Of a stretch of DNA of 64,000 nt, positions 59,073-64,000 are shown piece after piece. The translations under genes were made by a program, and so were the position numbers. The notes under the pieces were generated by a model. The model saw only the letters and a program-made list of their open reading frames with translations. It was not told where the DNA came from and made no database searches. The stretch is taken from contig OZ024744.1 in assembly GCA_964016885.1 (NCBI GenBank), positions 117,676,001 to 117,740,000 on the forward strand. The letters run 5' to 3'. The stretch is from Eledone cirrhosa (lineage: Eukaryota). Numbering within the stretch: position 1 is the stretch's first letter; the number at the start of each line of letters is the position of its first letter.

Positions 59073-62000
59073 ATCATCATCATCATCATCATCAATGTTT
59101 AACGTCCGTGTTCCACGCTTGCATGGGTTTGGACGGGGGTAGTCCCACTTGAGGCAAGAGTGATTGTCTTGCTCGCATAGGACTGTCTGGCAGGTTTTCT
59201 ACAGTTGGATGCCCTTCCTAACACCAACCACATTTACAGTGTGGGTCTGGGAGGTTTTTACCGTGTTGCCTACACGACCACATTACAGCGTGGACTGTGT
59301 GTTTTTTTGTCGTGACACCTACACGATCTCATTTGTTTCGGCCTCGATGGCGCGGCACCAACATAACTTTACATAGAACGGGGTGGTGTGGATGGGGTGG
59401 GGGTGGTGGTGGTGGGACGGGGTGTATTTTGTTAGAGATGCCTACTGGCTGGAGTAGGTTTTACTATATATTTAGGTAAGGCGGGTCTTCTCTGTTACTG
59501 AGTACCGCCAAAGGTCTCGGTCCAGTGACATTGTCTTGGAGAGGTGTAAGTGTGTGATGTCGGAGTTTATCAGCTCGTCCCAGGTTTTTCTAGGTCTGCC
59601 TATTCCGTGACTACCGTCGATCTTTATTACCCTGCACTTTGTTATACAGCTATCGACTTTCATGCGCATCACATGTCCATACCAACGTAGCCTTCTCTCG
59701 AGTAAACAACATCTGATCCCTCTTATCTCTAATTTTTTCCTTAGTTCGTTTATGCTTTGCCGTTCACGTATATTACTTTTACACATCCAGCGGAGCATGC
59801 AAGCTTCGTTCCTCTCTAGTCTGCGTATATCCTCTGCACACAATGCCCAGGTCTCACTGCCATGCAACATTGCTGTTCGTATGCAGGCATCGTACAACCT
59901 GCCTTTCATTTTTAGGGAGAACCCTTTAGCGGCTAATAGTGGTATAAGCTCTCTGAACTTTTTCCACCCAGTTCTGACTCTAGCTACTGTACTTTCAGAG
60001 CACCCTCCCCCACTGCTGATTTTGTCACCCAGGTAACGGAAGCTGTCCACTATTTCTATAGAACCCTCTGCGCAGTTGAAAGAGCTAGTATTTTGTGGGC
60101 ACTTGCTGCTACTTATTGCACCAGAACACCGGCCACATGTAAAATCTATGTTCTTAGTTAGCTTACCTGTGATCCCACTACATCTTTTATGAACCCAAAC
60201 TTTGCATTTGGGACACAAAATGGAATTTCTACCTACGCTTTTCCTACACTCTGCGCATGGCCACTTCCCAGAGGGGACCGCCGCCTTATTTTCTTTCTTA
60301 CAAACTAGAACTTTAGTCTTAGCCAGGTTAATTTTAAGGTCTTTTGATTCTAACCCGTGCTTCCATGTTTGGAATTTCTTCTCTAGCTCGGCCATTGATT
60401 CAGCTATGAGCGTTAGATCATCTGCGTATAGGAGTTCCCATGGGCCGCCGGTCTTGAACTCCACTGTTATAGCCTGGAGGGCAATAATAAATAGCAGGGG
60501 GCTAAGAACAGAGCCCTGATGAACACCAACTTTTACACTAAACTCTTCACTATATTCATTGTTAATTCTAACCTTGCTGACTGTTTCTTTATACATGGCT
60601 TGTATAGCTCTCACAAGCCATTCATCGACACCTAGTTTTCTAAGAGACCACCAGATAATGGAACGGGGGACTCTGTCGAAGGCCTTCTCCAAGTCGACGA
60701 AAGCTAAGTATAGGGGTTTACTTTTAGCTAGGTACTTCTCCTGTAGTTGTCGTACAATGAAAAGAGCGTTTGTGGTACTTTTTCTTACACAAACCCGAAC
60801 TGCATTTCATCTAGATCAATTCGCTCTCTGATTAGTTGCGCTATTACTTTTTCCGTGACCTTCATGACCTGGTCGATTAAGTTAATGCCTCTATAGTTAC
60901 TCCTATCTAGGGCATCTCCTTTACCCTTATAACAGTTAACGATAATGCTGCTACGCCAGTCCTTCGGAACAACCCCATTCTGTATGACTTGGTTGACTAT
61001 CCGGGTGACCATGGTGTGTCCCACCGTACCAGATGCCTTCAGCATCTCGGCAACTATTTCCGAAGGCCCAGCCGCCTTGCCTGTCTTCATATCTTTGATT
61101 GCCTTACTTATTATACTACCCTTGACTAACACTGCTGGTCCCTCTATTGGGTCGATGTGTGGGGAGACTGTCTTTCTCCCATTTATTCTCCTCATTGAGT
61201 AGCCTTTCATAGTGACACTTCCAAGCTACCTTCTTATCGGCGTCAGTGATGGCAAGTACGCCGCCATCGTTAAGTACACACTTCTCCCCGACAATATCAC
61301 TGTTTTCCTTGACACATTGCCTAGCAATCCTGAACACCTCACGTTTTTGGTCCTCACGTTGTAGAACATGCTTGAACTTTCTTTCCTCTGCATCCCTTCT
61401 TGCGAAGTACACTTGTCTCCTAGCTTCCCTCCTGGCCACTTGATAGTCTTCTCTGCTTCCCCCATCCCGCCATACTTTCCAAGCCTGCTTTTTGCCCTTA
61501 ATTGACCCCTCCACCTTACTGTTCCACCACCATGTTACTCTCCTGCCTACAGGCCTGCTCCAGCCACAGACTTCGTCTGTCGCCGTCAGCAGGTTTGTTT
61601 TCAGGAATTCCCACTGTTCCTCTACCTTGTACGACTCTATTTGCTCTTCCTTACTGTCGAAAGCATCAAGTAATATGCTTTGGAATTTATTTTTGGCTGT
61701 GGGGTCCTTTAGCTTCCATATTTTTCTCCTGAAGATAGTCCTCTTCTGTTGCCTAGTACGTCTCGTCCTGACTATTAGGTCGCTAATTATCAGTCTATGT
61801 TGGGAGGTGCATTCTTCATGGGGGAGGGATTTAGTGTTTACAACAGTCACTTTGTCATGTCTTCTGGTAAGGATATAATCTACCTGGCTGGTATGTTCCC
61901 CTGAACTGTAGGTGATCAAGTGATTGTCTCGTTTTTTGAAGTTAGTGTTGCAGATAGTTAGGTTATTTGCGTCACAGAATTCCAGGATTCTGGAGCCTTC

Positions 62001-63078
62001 CTCATTTCTAGTACCAAACCCATAGCCTCCATGGATTTCGTCGTAGCCGTCACAATGTTGTCCAACGTGACCGTTTAGGTCGCCTGCAATAATTATATAG
62101 TCACTGTCGGTTATTTGGGAGGTAGTGAGCATCAGTGTCTCATAGAATCTGTCTTTTATAGTGCTGGGCAGTGCGGATTGGGGTGCGTACGCGGATATTA
62201 CTGTCACCATGGTTCTATTGAGGACAAGTCTTATTTTAATTATTCTGTCGTTCACTCTATTTACGTCTATTATCTTATCTGCCCACTTTTCTGCTACCAT
62301 GATTCCTACCCCACCCAGCCCATTGTCGTTTCCCACCAAGAAAAGCTTATAGCATCGTTTTCTACCCACAATGAATCTAGCAGATCCACCCCTCCACCTG
62401 GTCTCTTGAATACAACAAACATCGACCTCCTTACGTTCAAGCATTTCTACAACCTCGTTAGAGCGACCCTTTAAGGTGCCTACATTCAAGGTACCAAATC
62501 TGAAGTTTTGGATTGCGTTTGGGGGGTGGGGAAGGTGGGGAGAGGGGGGAGATGGGGTTGTGTTAGCCATCCGCGGCCGAAACAAAGAGGCATGTTCGCA
62601 TTCTCGTCCACGAGGTGTGTTTGTCTTTAACTTTGGCATTGTCGCTGAGCGTCCAGATTTTTCTCTCTTCAACTCTCCGGAACTCCGAAGTCCTTCCATC
62701 CTACATATCGAAGGCGACCAGGTAAGCGATAGTATAGGCCTCTGGCTTATGATTGGTCCACGTAATAATAATGGTGGTGCGTGGGGGCGGGAGGGAGGGG
62801 TGTTGAGTTGTTAGCGAGAAGAATAGGTTTAAGTTAGATCCTAGTATTTAACGAACGTAAACAAAAATACAAGATTTGTTTAGCACGATACGCCAAAAAC
62901 TTCCGTATCTTACAATCAGGACAAAATACAAGAGATTTGTTTTGGAAAATACAGGAGGAAATAGGTTTGGAAGGACTATGGAATAAGCGGATGTTAGAAA
63001 GCTAGAAAAATGAGTACATTACATTTTACCATGAAAGAGAATCTGCCACGAATTGGCGAAAGTGAGTTACTTTATCTT
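59073..63078 (-). mobile_element. Near full-length RTE-clade LINE (about 4.0 kb, related to lineage A) with (GAT)n tail
   Basis: About 380 bp 5' UTR, one APE-RT ORF split by two frameshifts, about 380 bp 3' UTR and (ATC)n at 59073-59093. Both flanks are TA microsatellite. Confidence 0.95.
59472..62699 (-). pseudogene. APE endonuclease-reverse transcriptase polyprotein with PHD-type finger and two frameshifts
   Basis: APE motifs GTLNVGTL, IQETRW, SAYAP, AGDLNGH, QVDYIL, SQHRL (61116-62699). GKAAGP...YKGKGDAL..NYRGI..QFGF (60785-61210). KAFDRVPR, GVHQGSVLSPLLF, LYADD, YLG (59472-60692). Frame changes near 61170 and 60785. Confidence 0.92.
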
Positions 63079-63111
63079 ATATGTATATATATATATGTAT
63101 ATATATATATG

Positions 63112-63172
<61 letters not shown>

Positions 63173-63699
63173 GTATATATATATGTATATATATGTATAT
63201 ATATATGTATATATGTATATATATATATATGTATATATATATATGTATATGTATATATATGTATATGTATATATATATGTATATGTATATATATATGTAT
63301 ATATTTATATATATGTAGATATATATATATGTATATATATGTAGATATATATATATGTATATATATATGTATATATATATATATGTATATATATATGTAT
63401 ATATATATGTATATATATATGTATATATATATATATGTATATATATATGTATATATATATGTATATATATATGTATATATATATGTATATATATATGTAT
63501 ATATATATATATGTATATATATATGTATATATATATGTATATATATATGTATATATATATGTATATATATATGTATATATATATGTATATATATATGTAT
63601 ATATATATGTATATATATATGTATATATATATGTATATGTATATATATATGTATATGTATATATGTATATGTATATATACATATATATATACATATATA
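63079..63699. repeat. (TA)n/(TATATATATG)n microsatellite
   Basis: Direct inspection. Confidence 0.95.
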
Positions 63700-64000
63700 T
63701 TGTGTCAGGTCACCAGTTGGTGCTACTGGTAACATGTATCCCAGTACAACCTGTCCCATGGTCGGGTCGTTGGCGACTAAACTGGCAACCCCACCAAGGT
63801 TTCTTGGCGAGGAGGGTGGCTTTGGACATCCTGCAGGACTAAAAACAAAACCTGTCAAAGGGCAAAGAAGCTCTTTAGAGTCAATGGCCATCCAAAATCA
63901 CTGGGAGAAATGACCCCTTAGCCTTTGTCAAGGCAGAATTCTAGGAGAAGGAAAACTCTGATATAACACCTGCAACCCTGATGGTATCCAATGATGTTGA
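63700..64000 (+). mobile_element. Probable 5' UTR of another RTE-clade LINE, running off the window
   Basis: Starts sharply out of (TA)n and contains CTAGGAGAAGGAAAACTCTGA, a motif I recall from RTE 5' UTRs. No coding sequence is present in the window to confirm this. Confidence 0.5.

Noticed and set aside
55491-62814. Plus-strand ORFs overlapping the LINEs
   Set aside because: They are antisense shadows of RT or APE coding sequence with no independent motifs.

Overview
Repeat-dominated eukaryotic (animal) DNA with no convincing host protein-coding gene. The repeat families suggest a mollusc, probably a cephalopod, but this is inference. Positions 1-41824 are one head-to-tail array of a 76-bp satellite (about 550 copies) with rich higher-order structure. 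After about 200 bp of unique sequence comes a 100-bp tandem repeat built from the head of a tRNA-derived SINE, then a 200-N assembly gap and a 6.9-kb (TA)n/(TATG)n tract. From about 50.5 kb onward, retroelements are separated by TA-rich microsatellites: an R4/Dong-type REL endonuclease 3' fragment, several RTE-clade LINE copies of two lineages (one near full length with APE, RT and an embedded PHD finger), a SINE carrying an RTE-derived tail, and a non-coding Penelope/retrozyme-like element. That last element holds a well-formed type I hammerhead ribozyme (minus strand, 52591-52743) and a perfect 101-bp inverted repeat. Nearly all ORFs in the supplied track are repeat artefacts.
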